The notes under the pieces were generated by a model, which was not told the origin of the DNA, searched no databases, and saw only the letters and a program-made list of their open reading frames with translations. Below, in pieces: positions 14,126-28,637 of a DNA stretch of 64,000 bases (positions within the stretch are counted from its first letter, which is position 1; each line of letters starts with the position of its first letter). The stretch is from contig JARFYF010000056.1 in assembly GCA_030265395.1 (NCBI GenBank), positions 14,302,012 to 14,366,011 of the forward strand, given 5' to 3'. This DNA comes from Rhina ancylostomus (taxonomy: Eukaryota). The translations under genes were made by a program, and so were the position numbers.

Positions 14126-17100
14126 CTTGTCTCTCCTCTGGCAAATTTCAACCTTCTGATTACAGTGAACATTCAGATAACAGCACCTCTGAGAATTAAC
14201 ATAGTTATGTTGCCTACCATGCTAAACATATCCAGCTTGCTGCACTGTATATGGTGTCAGGATGGCCCTGTTGCTATTGGAAACTGATGGGTAATAAATT
14301 ATTTCCTATTACTGGTAAGAGAATTTCTGTGATTCTTTAATCTAACATGAAGAATTTTGGCAGTTCCATTTACATTCCAGATGACTAATAATTAACCACG
14401 CAATAATGTAATGGAGTGATTAAGGTAATTGCAAGAGTGCGCACAATGCACCTTCCCGTTTGGCCAGTGACCAAATGATGACGGTATCTCATTGATCAGT
14501 ATGAGTTTTATAATGCTGGATACCTGCTCTCTCAGGTGGATGATACATTTCAACCATTTTGCAAAGAAAAAAACAGGGGAGTTAACACTAATATCCTGAA
14601 CAATATTTATCCCATAACATCTAGAAACAAATTATCCTTTTTTAAAATGACTGTACACAACTTGCTTGTTTCCTACATCACAGTGGTAACTAAATGCATA
14701 ATGGCTGTGCAGTACTTTGAAATTTTGTGGTGCTGTGAGAGGCATTCTTATTCCCTNNNNNNNNNNNNNNNNNNNNNNNNNNNNNNNNNNNNNNNNNNNN
14801 NNNNNNNNNNNNNNNNNNNNNNNNNNNNNNNNNNNNNNNNNNNNNNNNNNNNNNNNTTCTTATTCCCTTAGGTTGTGGATGACTTTGTTCCACTCCAGTT
14901 TTCTGGGCTCTGGAACTGAAGAGCTCTATGTAACTGGAGATGCTGCATGGGTGGGTGGGTTTAGCATGGAATGGAGTCAAAGACACAAAATCAGCACAAC
15001 AGGCCACTCGACCCGTTACATCCATTCTGAGTCTATGTAAGAGCAATTCAGACAGTCCCAATTGAGGAGTTCCTGAAAGTCCTTGACAACCGCTCCCCCA
15101 TTCTTGGCTTTCAGCTGAGTGGGTCCCTGGGTTTTTGATTACAGATGATCTTGACAGCACTGAAACATGTACATCCCCATGATTATTGTGGTAATCAAAT
15201 ATTTGCTGGCTCCCTGTATTCTTTCCAGCCATCATGTGTCCTTTGGGTCACAGTTTTCTTTAGTTAGTCCTCAACCTTCAGATGGCTGTGTTTTTTGTTA
15301 ACCTGTCTTTTTTTTGACCATGAAATATGTTTGCGCTTCCAGTACAAGGAAACCTTGTGCTTAGAATTAATTAGTTCCTGCTCTCCTGGTTGCTCTTACT
15401 AAACCAGTCCTGGTGTTTTCTGGTAGAGAAGCCAGGAGTCACTTTGCAGGTGCTAATTGTAGTAGACGTTATGGCAGATCAGCAAACACAAGGACTTCTG
15501 CCACTTGGGAGGCACCAGGTTATCCACAAAGTACTAATGGTATAGAACATTCATTGAGTCCTTCAACATTAATTTTCCTGTGCCTACCCTGCTGTTGTCA
15601 TCACATCTAGAGGCCAGGTTAATGGAGATGACAGACTGGGTCAGGTTCTCTTCCAGCCAGCAGTCACTAGCACCTGTTATGGCACAAACATTACAACTAA
15701 CCCTACGGTCAGTCCCTCAGACATAAATGAGCAGGTGTCACTATGAGATCTTGTACTTGTCTCTGTGACAAAGCTGCATCTGGGTCGTTGAAGCATTTTG
15801 CTCATACTTGGGAGTAGCAGCTTTCTCTTTCCCTTTCTACTCGCACCTTAATTAGAGGTTGGTGTCTTTACCACCTCTGGCTCTGAAAGTTACCAAGTAA
15901 CATCAGTTTTCCTACAGTTGGGACTCTGAACATTCCTTGGCAAGAGTCATGGTAGAATTCATTTTTGGCCTCATCTATTGTTTCCAGGGTTGGTGTGTCT
16001 GTGTGTCAATGACTACAGTATGCTGGTTCTACTTTAAAGTGAACCGGGGCTGATAAGGTGATTGCTTTTCCTACAGGGGCAGTAGGAAACATTAATAGTG
16101 AGATCTATGCCACATCAAGGGAGTTCCTCCTTCAGCCGTCCTTTCCAGAACAGTTATATAGCACCTTGTTCTTTGATCCAGCCTTTCCTTGCTCATCAAT
16201 TCTCATGTGGGACAGCAAAATCAACATTGAACTTCAAGTTCCCAGGCTGTGTTATTAGTGTGGTATTCAGGTACATTAATTCAGGTGTTAATGAGGATCT
16301 TGACTTTCTAGGTCTCAAACCTCATGTAAACAAGTGGAAGAAGCCTGTGCATGCTATCATTTAATGCAAGGCAGCCATTACACATTAGGCGCTAAGTGGG
16401 CTCAGCCGAGGAAGTTCTTGTCCCAGCAGCAAGGAAACCCAGGACAAAATGGAGAACCAGGCTCTGCTGCATGGACTGGAACACACGCAGACAGACAAAC
16501 CTTCCCAAGCTTGTAAAAGGCACTAAAGAAATAAAGACTTTACATTTATATAAAGTGCTGAGTAGCATTCCACTGTGTCATGGTTTATGCCACAACACTA
16601 TTACAGCAAAAGAACACTCATGTTGATAAAACACCACCACCAATTCTGTTGTTGGAGACTAACATTAAAATTACTAGCAGCTCACTTCAGGGGTTTCAGC
16701 AGAGTGAAAGGAGAGAAATGCCAAAAGTGTTGGGGAAAGAAGTCCAGAACTGCAGTCTGTGAGCCATTGATTATTTTCAATGAGAGAGACCAGTAAATCT
16801 GAGTGTTCTGTTTTATACACACATTGGAGGAGCCCTAATGCAGGCTCCCTAAAACTTCTCTCTGACCAAGCTTGTATGTGAATCCTAATATAATCCTTTG
16901 TCACATTTAGTTTGATAACATCTCTGTAAAACACCTTGAATGATTTTGCTATATAAATCTCAGTATAAGGATGCAAGTTGTTGCTATACATGATATGACT
17001 TATTCTGTTCACTGTTATAATTTGTCAACTGAAATTTGGATTCCTGCACCTTTGGCCTCTCTGCATTAGAATCATGATATTGTTCCCAAATCCCAACCAT

Positions 17101-18958
17101 TATTGGACCTACAGAAAACACCCACCAGGTCACCTTTGTGATAAAAGGGCAACTATGTGATACTGAAATATAATAGGCACAAGAAAACATTTTAACAGAG
17201 TAATGGAAAACAGTGATGGAAACATAATGGAAATGCTTCTCAACTCTTATATACACATCTTGATGAAGGCTGGCCTATAAATTTCAAGGCTTCAAAACTC
17301 AGCAGTAAATTCCATAGGCTGGCAGCGAAAGGCTTATATATTGCTGCTTCACACCTCATTCACATGGTTACATGGTGTGTTGAAACCTTACAGCTGAAAT
17401 AGCCATTACACTCATTTTGTCAAATGGTGTCTGACAGCAGGTTGACATCCAACACCATTTGGTTTTTTACTGGTCCAGGACTTCCCTGCTTTACATGAGG
17501 CAGATTTTGCATCCCCTTCCTACCTCCATCCCATCTGTCAATAGTTTGTGCATTGTAAAATGCATGAGACAAACCTCGTTATATTAAAAAGCAAAGGAAA
17601 GCACAATCTACTGGAATGGACAGATAATACACATATTGTAGTAACAGCAATAAGGAAAAATAGCATGGAAACTCAACTTTCTCATACTGCAAACAGGTCT
17701 AATATCTCTGTTGTGTAATGGTCAGGCTCCTCAAAGTTTATACTACTGACTGGTCTATCTTTCACTAACCCATTCACCAACTGCCATTTAGTACCTTGTT
17801 AAAATTCTTAAAATTCAATTTAAAGTTGCCATTAAAGGAGGTGTTGTTGCTGATGAATTAACATCTGCCAAACCTTGGTGCCTTGAAAGGACACTCAGCC
17901 CAAGAAGGGCGAGTAGAGCATCTTGGTCATTGTCTCTACCTGCCCATGTGACTCTCTCAATGCCCACTCTATATTCACAGAAAGCACAGCACAGCTGAAT
18001 ACCAATGAAGCCCCCTCTGCCCTTTGTCTAAGCCCCAGCCAAAGGTCAACATTTCTCCCACTTTCCCCACACAGGCCATTCTTAAACCTGTCTAACACCA
18101 GTAATTGGTGCAAATGTTAAAGGAAAGGCAGTTTTGTTTGTGGTTTCAATCCCATTACCAATAGGATTCAAGCTATCCATATTTTATTACCAGCTGCACG
18201 GTACCTAACTTTTTATTCACCCAAGCATTTTCTGTTTTTATTTCATATTTTCAGCATCTTTCATTCAGCAGTTGACAAATATTCACCAAACCAAGCAAAA
18301 ATGTAAACTTCTAGGTACACAGCTAGCATCTAAACTACAGTGTCATCCAACTCCCACATACTAAAGCACAGATATTTAACTAGCACTTTATCATGATCAT
18401 CACATTCCTAAAAATAATTCTTACCCAACTCTCCAAAATGTAAATAGCCTCATTTAAGTTTTGAAGCCAGGCTATAGGATGACTCAGCACTTTGGCACAT
18501 CATAGCCAGCCAATCAGCACCAATGCAGGTTTTAATGGAAGAGATAGCAACATTTAATCTAATGTTCCTCTCGGTTAGAGGAACAAGAAGCACAAATCAG
18601 CTTGTACACTAAAATTGAATGGCAATGGCCCCAGAGCAGTTAAACAAATTGTGTGAACTGGATTCAGGTCAGTCTATAAGAGTGTGTTTAAACCAGCACA
18701 TGTAAAATATGGGATTGAAGACCATCTCATTTACTCCAATTTTGTGGCTTCCAAGGTGGCTAAAGAGTCATATGCGACTTCGCCACAGGTGGGGAAGGTG
18801 ATACTTGATGGGGTGGGTGAGAAGGTCATTTGGGCTGTTGTGCACTCCTGCTGTTTACNNNNNNNNNNNNNNNNNNNNNNNNNNNNNNNNNNNNNNNNNN
18901 NNNNNNNNNNNNNNNNNNNNNNNNNNNNNNNNNNNNNNNNNNNNNNNNNNNNNNNNNN

Positions 18959-19307
18959 CAGGACATTCTCTCTTCTCTCCTCTTCCATTGGGTAGAAGAT
19001 ACAGGAGCCTGAGGGCACGTACCACCAGACTTAAGAACAGCTTCTACCACAGTGTGATAAGACTATTGAACAGTTCCCTTATATAATGAGATGGACTATA
19101 ACCTTCATGATCTACCTTGTTGTGACCTTGCACCTTATTGCACTGCACTTTCTCTGTAGCTGTGACACTTTACTCTCTACGGTTATTGTTTTTAACCTGT
19201 GTTACATCAATGTAACTGCACTGTGTAATGAATTGATCGGTATGATTGGTATGCAAGACAAGTTTTTCCACAGTACCTCAGTACAAGTGACAATAATAAA
19301 CCAATAC
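18959..19307 (+). mobile_element. Rex1/Babar LINE 3' end inserted into an RTE 3' remnant
   Basis: GHSLFSPLPLGRRYRSLRARTTRLKNSFYHSVIRLLN*, 3' UTR and AATAAAccaatac tail. The flanks (18780-18858, 19308-19340) look like one minus-strand RTE end. Confidence 0.8.
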
Positions 19308-19579
19308 CTTCCCGCTGCCATCGTCAGTGCTTCCTAGATCTTCCTTCAGGCAGCTACAGGGCCAGCGATTAGTCAGTGAGGATGTTACACTCATTTTAAG
19401 GAGAACGAGAACAACTTTTAAGTGTTTTCTTTGCACTCCTGATGGACCTCAGAGTCCAGTGCTTGTTCAGGGAGTCTGGTGTCAAGCATGCAGACAATAT
19501 GGCCCACCCATCAGAACTAGTTACAAGTGACCAGAGCTGGGGATTTTGGCTTGATAGATGTTGACATTGTAAGGTCAAT

Positions 19580-20030
19580 CTTGCTAACAATGACCTTAAT
19601 CTCATTCATTGATTTACAACTACAGGCTCTGCTGGTTTACGGGCACTTTCAGAGGCCAAGCAAATCATCAATGCCTCTGCACCAAAGCCTACATCAGCTT
19701 GGGCTTTACACTAAAGATTGGGAAGACAAAAAGGTCCTCTACCAACCTGGCCCTGCTACGCATTGTTTTCCAATAATAAAATTCACAATGAGATCACTTT
19801 CCCTTTCAAGGAACCACCCCTTGAAGGCAAATATCAATGATGAAGTTTACTACTGCCTCCAATATACCAGCATAGCCTTTGGTTGATTGGACAGTGCTTG
19901 AAGACCTCAATTATGAAACTGAGCTCGTGATTTACTGAGCAGCAATGATCCTCACCCTCCTGTATTCTACAGTAGGCATCTCCAAGGACGTACCATCTAA
20001 TGAGTATCCACAAAATCCTCCAGATTCGTC
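19580..20030 (+). mobile_element. RTE-type LINE remnant
   Basis: KKVLYQPGP...FTMRSLSLS...ANINDEVYYCLQYTSIAFG, similar to the remnant at 58200-58430. Confidence 0.6.
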
Positions 20031-23000
20031 ACTTCTTTTCCAATAGTTCACGAGGAATCTCCTGCTATCACTTATAGTTAGGCAGTTTTTTTTAAAATAT
20101 AGAGAACAATATATTTTGTAACAAAAGATCTTAATATTAAATCCTTCTCAAGCAGATATAGAATATCCAATGGTACTAATTTGAAAAGGAGGATGGCATT
20201 CTCCTCCTGTCCCATTATATATCTGTCAAATCAACAGCCAAAAGGTGATAAAGTCTAGAAAATCTACAATTCCTATTTGTGGGCACCTCTTGTGCACAAA
20301 CTACCCACATTTGTTGCATTAGAACAGTGACCTATACTTTATTCTGTTGACTGGGAAATGCTTTAGTATATTCTGAGGTCATAACAGGTGCTATATAAAA
20401 GGAGATCTTCATTTATAATCTCTATACTTAGGTGACAATTTTAACTTTACAGAATTAGTTAGCAACTCACATTAGGTTATGTAAGTTTTCAACTTTGAAT
20501 AATTTCTCAGAACTCAATTGACTTGGGTTCCAATAAAAAAATTTAACAATTGCAAGAAAAAAAGTGATTGTTTGTAAAGATATTGGTACGCCTTCCTGAA
20601 CAAATTGAATTGAAGCTGTATTGCTATGTTTGCAGATGACTGTATATTCTAGAAGCCAAAACCAGATTCCATGCAAACACGTGGGTAATAAAGAGACACT
20701 GCCAGAATTTGAACATCAAACATCACACATCCTTTTGTGCAATCAAGTAGAAGATATTTTGACTATATGATGTTCTGTTAACATCTGGCCGTGTCTACAC
20801 TCAAATACTTTACAAAAGAATCAAATGTTCCAAACAAAGCATTTTGTTTTGAATATGGACACTAGAATGATTCACTTGTATATCATTTGGTTAGATCAAC
20901 AGTGCAACTCTTTGACTGTTTTTATGGATGATTTTAATATACATTGTTGATTAGACTGATTATTCAAGTGAGATGGTCCACAATGCTCAATGATGTGGAG
21001 AATGACAACTGCACCATTGATGATTGTAACCATGCTTCTAATGCCCCCTCCAATATATAATTAATATCCTGTTCCAGAGTTCAGATTGATTTGGGCACTT
21101 TATCATCACTGCTCACATCATTGAAAACTTTGGTCGACACGAGTCAATGCACATCCTATCAGTGAAGCTAACTGACAATCTGTCAACCTCTCAGCAATGC
21201 TGGGAGTCATTGGATGTTGTATCTCAGTTCCTTCCACTGCTTCAGGAACCCAATGAATATACTCAACACATTCAGGCTACAGATATTCCTTCTGAATCCT
21301 GACTAGATGACAAATCCTGTTCCAGCGACTGCATATTATACTGCTCTTTGCAGCACCTGGCCACGTGTTACGTGTTTAAAGAATATATTAAAAAACAGTG
21401 GGGCTGAGGCTGGGGTACTCAGGTTACTGCTCTGGGAGTTTTCCTGACTGCTGGTAAACTAGTACTATTTTGCCAGTCAACAAGTATCTACGACTTTGCT
21501 GGAAAAAGGTGGTAAAACAATATACAGTAAAACTCAAGATAATCCATTATACAATTGGTGGAAACCCTGATGGTTCCACAGCTGGCTCACTGGGTGCTGA
21601 TGATACCTGTGCTCCCTTTAAAGCCACAGGGACGCTGGTTCCTGCACTCTTGAAAGTCACCAAGTCTCTGTCTCTTGCTCTCTGTTGAAGCTTATTGGGT
21701 TCGCTGGAAATTTTATATTATTGTGCAACATCTAAAGAAATGTTGGAGTATTAATTGAAATAATAGTTCAGAAAACCACCAAAGTCTTGATTCTCATAGC
21801 AGAATATTCCCATGTTATTGTACATGATGGAGGGAGTTTTGGGAACAGATTCTGGGAATCATTAAGCCTGTTGAATTGGTACCTGGTAAACTTTGATGAC
21901 ATAGTTCGCATTTTAGATGATTGTGTTATAGCTGCTAATTACTGCTGGAGTTTACTATTTCTGGAAGTTATATCACAAAGCCCTCCAGCAGTTTTTTTTA
22001 ATCCACAAATAAGTGTTCAAGGAAAATTAAAAGAGGCAAATCTCTTCTTACACAATTTTCTCCCAGCCTGCTCATACCAGAATCAATTCCTGGAAACGCC
22101 AATGTAAAATCAGGCCAACAAACCAAGGGTGTACGATTACAGGCTAGATAGGAATACAGACACAAGGTCAAAAAATGTCAGACCAGCCGTGATCTCATCT
22201 GAAGGTGAAGCAGGCTTGAGGGGCCAAATGGCAGCCTCCTGCTCCTTATGTGATTGCAAGAGCAGCGAGTTCATTATCCTAGTGCAGAACAACTGAACTA
22301 TTTTCAGCAGCTGCTCAGTGAGCGAGTCAAGTTCTGTTATAGAGCAGCTGAGAATGAATGGGTTACAATGTCGACAATGCCTGGTTTTATTAATTAGATC
22401 ACAGCTTCTCAGACTGGAAGGAATGCTATACAAATGCATCTCATTGAATATGAACATAGTACTGCAGCTACATAAATATTGACAACTAGAATTCACCACA
22501 GAAAAGGTTCTCTAAACGTGCAAGATCTTTCTCTGTCAAAAAGTACTATAAAACAAGTCAATAATAGTTCTCTTTCAATTGAGAAAAAGAGAATACTTTT
22601 AATAACATGGATAAAATTGTTAGCCTGAGACAAAGCTTTATTTTATTTTGCACAAATCAAACCTACAAATCACACTTGGGCAAGAGGCACAACACTCAAA
22701 AATACAAGGCAGCTGGTCATTTTCTGCTGGGCATTCTGACCAGAAGACCATTTCAACAACTGTGCCACTTTCCCCCTCCTCCCACAGAGGACCAGTTATC
22801 CCCAGGATGACTCTATTTGAGGAATTACTTGCACTTCACTAGCATTGTTCAAGGTGTCCCAAAAGAATTTCACAGCCATCTATAGTCTCGTCTTACAGGA
22901 ACTCCCTATCTAACAGCACATTACAAGGACTGCAGCAGTATGAGGCAGCTGTGCACCACCTTTGTAGACAGTTAATGGGCAATAAATGCTGCTGTAGCTA

Positions 23001-26000
23001 GTTACATCCACATCCCACAAGCGAATATAAAGAAAATACTGTTGGAATTCAGGGGAAATGGGAGCCCTTTTGCACAAACAGTAATTATATAAGACTAGAT
23101 AATTTGCTTTCATGTTATAGTGGAGTAAATATTGGCTAGGACACTGAAAATGCTCCCTTCTCTGAATGTTTTGGAATTTCTTGCCCACCCATGACAGTAG
23201 ATGGGTCACGAGTTTAAAATCTGAAAGACAGCTCTCCCACCGTGTAATGTTCCACTGAAGTGTCAATCTAGACTGAGCGCTAGAGTAGGATGCAAACCCA
23301 CTGTCTTGAGACACAGGCACTTAGCCATATGTGACATCCATTTGGCATGGTAGGGCCACTAAGATCTCAGGAGAATAGCCTGGCTATTACTACTCATCTG
23401 TGTGCACTCGTTCTATTCAATTTCCACACCCACACACTGCACCAAAATAAACATTGAGGTTGAAAAACTGTAAATGCTGGAAATCTGAAATTAAAATAGA
23501 AAATGCTGGAAATGCAGCTGGTTGGTTTGTAAGTTAAACTGGCTACTGCTTTTCCCAACAAGCCAAGAGCCTTATTTGGGCTGGTAATCTGATCTATACT
23601 TGCACTGTTTACTCAAAACAGCACTGCCAAACACTTAGGCAACTGGTAACTTCCGTTATGAAACTCACAGAGTAATCCTATACAGATGCATCTCTGGGAA
23701 TGCTGGAGAAAATGAGCCTGCATTCCCTCAAGCTTCTGCAACTTTAAACTTGTGCCCAGAGCTCTTAGCACATACTACTTGCAATGCTGTCAGCATTTCC
23801 AGCAATTGTTTAATATAGTTGATCTATTCACATTTGAAACAAGTTTATTTATTCACACAGGATAATGCTATAATATGTCATTTAGTGGTACATTTTGAAA
23901 GCAAGTTATACAAATAAAATCAAAGACTCTTTAAAATCTTTTATTGCAAATAAATAAATTCCAAACATTTTGTTAAACAACCTGAAATCATAGTTCACAT
24001 TAGTATCAGAACTGTGCACTTCACAATCCACAAAACCAGTTCATAGTCACTCCAAATAGGTACAGGAAACAGGAAGAAATTGTGCCAATGGTCTGACTTG
24101 GGAAAGAACAGCTTTCAACTGAAGGCTGTTTTACAAGCAATTGATCAGAACACAGAAAAGACAGATGCAACACAAAATTGCAATGCATTTTCACCAAGAG
24201 CTGCACTGGTCTGTAGAAACCTGTGCTGTAATACTCTAAACTTTAGGGGACAGCAGGAATGCCCGAATGCACTTTTCCCTGGTCTACCAGATGCAATCAA
24301 AATTGCACCACAATAAATTGTGACACAATTAATCACAGTAAGTGTTACTTAAAATTCTCTAGTTTCTTCTAGAAATCTTTAGATTTTGGACTGCCATGAA
24401 TGCTGGAGTATACATTGCTAATCATCTTTACGTAAAATTAGAGCAGACTGCTGTTAGTAAATGAAGACAGCACTTTAGTCTAGATTGCCTCAAGATGAAT
24501 TGTATTTTAAATTCTCATATGCAGTATTGAACCCTGATGCATTAATCTACACCACGAACTTTGCTCAGGCTTATTGATAGTAGATTTACATCATCTGCTG
24601 TTTTCACTGCAAAGACCTTTTAAGTGGGCTGGGCCAGTGAAATCAATGCACAACACAATGAGCCAACTCACATCTTTGTCTTCCTGACCCAATCTCCACT
24701 TCCTTCTGTTGAATCATATTGTATTATCTTGCAGTGCTGGATTCTGAAAATTGCAGATTCTTGCAATACAAGAGACCATTCAATATATTGAGTTCTTTGA
24801 AAGTGTTATTCAATTCGTCTCACTCACCCATAGCTGACCCAAAGCTCTGCAGATTTCTCCATGGGGCAACATTGAAAATGAAGAGAATGCATTGATCAGG
24901 CCTGTATTTTTGAATCAGCTACCAATCTTACAAAAGCACAAGATTATAAAACCAGGGAGGAGGATTGATGTGTCTATCTTTCCAAACCTAGTTCAGTTCA
25001 GCCAAATGAAAGTCACACAATACTATCACCCACCACTACCACCCCCCCCCCAACAATAAAAGTACTTTTCCTTCATTTTCTATAACTTGCTGGGAACTTG
25101 GCCACGAGTTCACAAAATAAAGGAAATTATCAACACTGAGGTATGCAGCACGTTATGGATGACACCTATTATATAGGGAGAATTCCCATAAGGAGTGCAA
25201 GATCAAAATTAGCATTCTTTTCCCAATAGTTGACAAAAGTTATAATGATTGGGCAGGTGAATTTGGATTATGAACGCTCCAAGAAACCCCCCAAAAAAAC
25301 TCTACAGGACTTGCCCTATCTGATGACACTCCAACATGCTCTAACAGAACAATAACCAAGAGTTAATGATCTGGATTTTGAAAAAAAAGCAGCAGAGTAA
25401 GCAAGATCAAGGTTGAATTACAACACTAAAGAGTTTAGTAGCAGACTTACGGAACTTGACTCATCAGCCAAACTACTGCCACAATTAACAATTACAGCAG
25501 ATCANNNNNNNNNNNNNNNNNNNNNNNNNNNNNNNNNNNNNNNNNNNNNNNNNNNNNNNNNNNNNNNNNNNNNNNNNNNNNNNNNNNNNNNNNNNNNNNN
25601 NNNNTAAGAATGTGTGTGGATAAGTAATGCCAACTAGAGCTTTATCAACAGTTGCAGGAGATGCCTGTAATATTTGCAGCTGGATTCCCAAAAGAAATCC
25701 GTTGACTAGAGATTTGAGTCAATGACAATGAACATAGGTAAGAAATATCATGGTTAATTTTCCAGCATCATTTACATTAAAAATGAATGCTCAATTCTTC
25801 AGCTTCTCACTACAAGTTCTGTAGTGCATCAAAAGGCAAACCTTTTTGCTGCACTACAGAACTCAAATCTGACAGGCTGCAAGGACCTGTTTTTAACCTT
25901 GGAGTAAAAATGTTACATATCATGGACCACAATCCTGGTAAAGGTGAAAGGGTACGGAATCCAATGTAGTAAATGTAGCACCAGCCAGAGTCTGGGTGCA

Positions 26001-28372
26001 GAGAGCTTGTTTGTACTGGGGCCTAGCCAAGCCCTTTATGTTCTCTCTCACATCTTCCAACACCCCACTCTCTCCCACAAATTGTCCCAATTATTTCTAT
26101 TACAAACCAATACATTAACTAGCTTGAGAATACAGAACAGTTAAAATAAGGTGGCTGCATTTGACCTTTAACCACCTAAGCACATCAAGTGATGATTACC
26201 ATTAATTGCTAATACGTTCAAACTATCAGCAAGTCACTGTTTAAGACACTAGAAATTTTGAAGATCTGGTCTCTTTCAGAAAACAAAACAGCACAATTAG
26301 AATAGTGAAGAAATTAAATTCTTCAGTTCAAATCATGAGATCAATTTGAGCCAGAACAATTACTACACATTACCTGATAAGGATGATCAAATGTATATGT
26401 CCCATCTGCTTTTGCATCCTATGCAGGCAAGGACATTGCTGTAAATCAAATGAAACAAACAATAGTGCTTGCAGCAGCAAGAGACATTTTGTAAATTAAC
26501 TATAGGTTCAAGATGAGTGGCAGAGAGTGGCAATTACTGCTGCAAGAATACAATGACAGCAATGTACATGATGGAATACACAACTATCTTGTATTTTTAA
26601 CTATGATAAATGAGGAATCATGAGGGGGCAGCAGGCTCTGTAGCTAATATTGGAGTGTACAAGTCTGCATTTTACTTCCCTATTGAGACTTGGATCAGAG
26701 CAACATGTAATGCAAATTAAGTCAGTCATGTATCTGGTAAACAGGTGCAGGTAACACTTATAGATAAATCACTAGTGACCTGTATGGTACAGGGAAAGTT
26801 CCTATCAAGTTGATTAATCAAAAAAAAAATCAGTGAAGGTTATGTTCTTAGCCAGTCTTACATCTCTATACAAATTCAGAGGTGCAGATGGCACACACCC
26901 TGGGTCAGATTTAACAGACTGATTATTAGTGGGAACCCCACAGGGTAATTTTCCCCTCCTCTTCCAAGGTTATGGCATTGAATAGATGCAAGCTTGCATC
27001 CTAGAGTCTTTCACATACAGACATCAGAAAGCCCAACCTTTGAACATTTAAATGGGACGTCTTGATTAAGCAAACTCAGCAAGTTGCTCAAGGTAATAGA
27101 CATCAGTAACAGAAAATACATCTCCAGACTATACAACCACCATCGTTTGTCAATTATAAACCCTACTAATAATGTACAAAATGATTTGCCCTCTCCATGC
27201 AACAGGCAATCAAGCCACGTTACATAAATTAACATTACTAATAGTCAAATATTATACACCCACTGAATTTAACTACAAACAGAAAATTCAGAGAAAACAC
27301 TAATTCAACACTCACCCACAAATATTTCCTTTTGTCAATTAAATTTATACTTTTAAAATGCATCTCTAAATGGGGATTTCTTCTGCTTGCAAGCTTGTGT
27401 TTTTTTAAAAACTATCATTGAACTGAAGAATCAAGAAAACCATTAAAATGTCTGCAAACTGGAACCTGGATTTCGACAGAGCTGGAATCCTTACAATCTC
27501 AGGGTGCCTTCGACCTCTTGTATCTACTGACATATTTAGAATTGTAATCACTATTGTTGGTAGAAAACTCAGTTAGTCCACAGCAATGTGATAAAGGTGA
27601 CCATGGTGGGCTGAAGAGCCTGTCTCTGTGCTGTACAATTCAATGTTCAGTGATTTTGATTGAGGAGTAGGTGCTTGGGACTCCTGATTGGCTCTAAATG
27701 CATGTTTTATTTTCAAAATTAAGCCTTTGTGTTTAATATCCTCTCAAAAGCACAGAGAGAACACCTCGAATTACTATCCCTTATAGAATAAAGTACCTCT
27801 GAGTTCAGCACTAAAGTGTCAATCTGGGCTACAGGCTCAATTCTCCAGAGTGGGGCTGGAACACACAACCATACGACTGAGGCAAGTGTGCTGAGACACA
27901 GCTGACTACTCTACTTTACTGTAGTTGTTTCATTACACAGATAGCCCATGGAAGTGATCTCTAATTCTGTCAAGGGCCAAAGCACCAGAAGCAATGTGAT
28001 AAAATATCCAGCACACAATGCATAATGAAAAGCTCCTTTACAAACTTGATCAGCTAGAAATGGTGAACCATCAGTACCATTTGCCCTATAGTGGGCATTA
28101 TTCCAAATGCAGATGGTGCTATGATATGGACTGTGCTTCCAGGTACAATGGAGAGATCCTAATGACCTCAGGCTCCAAGTTTTGTAAGAAAGATCAAAAG
28201 CAGGTAATATATTTTTATATTAATGGACACACACAAATCTTTGACTGAGATCAATGTGAAATAGTTAAAGGTCCAGCACTATTCTACAGACAGTTTCTTA
28301 TTTTTGGCTGCTTTCATTTTACTTTGATGGTAGAATAAGCCAACTTTACACAAGAATAATACTAAGTGGTTA

Positions 28373-28637
28373 CAATTCCCAGACCCCAGTGTTACAGGGG
28401 GCAGGGGAGGAGAAAGGGGGTTCTGTTCCCAGAAAATGGGCCACATCGCGATTTCTCCCCCCACTGTCATGTCATTTGTGCTCGTGTCAAGAAATGAGAA
28501 TTGAAAAAGAAATAAATTTTATTTTTCCATGTAAATTTTGTAAGAGCAAATTTATATTCCATATTCTAGATATATTTTGGTGGTGATTTGCGAATTCTGC
28601 GAGGATGAATTCATGTTACCCGAGCAGCCTGCCTGTA
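28373..28637. mobile_element. Diverged MITE copy A (pogo/Tigger-like)
   Basis: Shares blocks with 31634-31903, e.g. gatttgcgaattctgcgaggatgaatt versus gatttgtgaagtctgtaagggtgaatt; ends gcctg|TA. Confidence 0.5.

Noticed and set aside
14470-14600. Possible C/D snoRNA (ATGATGA box C)
   Set aside because: No suitably placed CTGA box D with a terminal stem, and it is not in a host intron.
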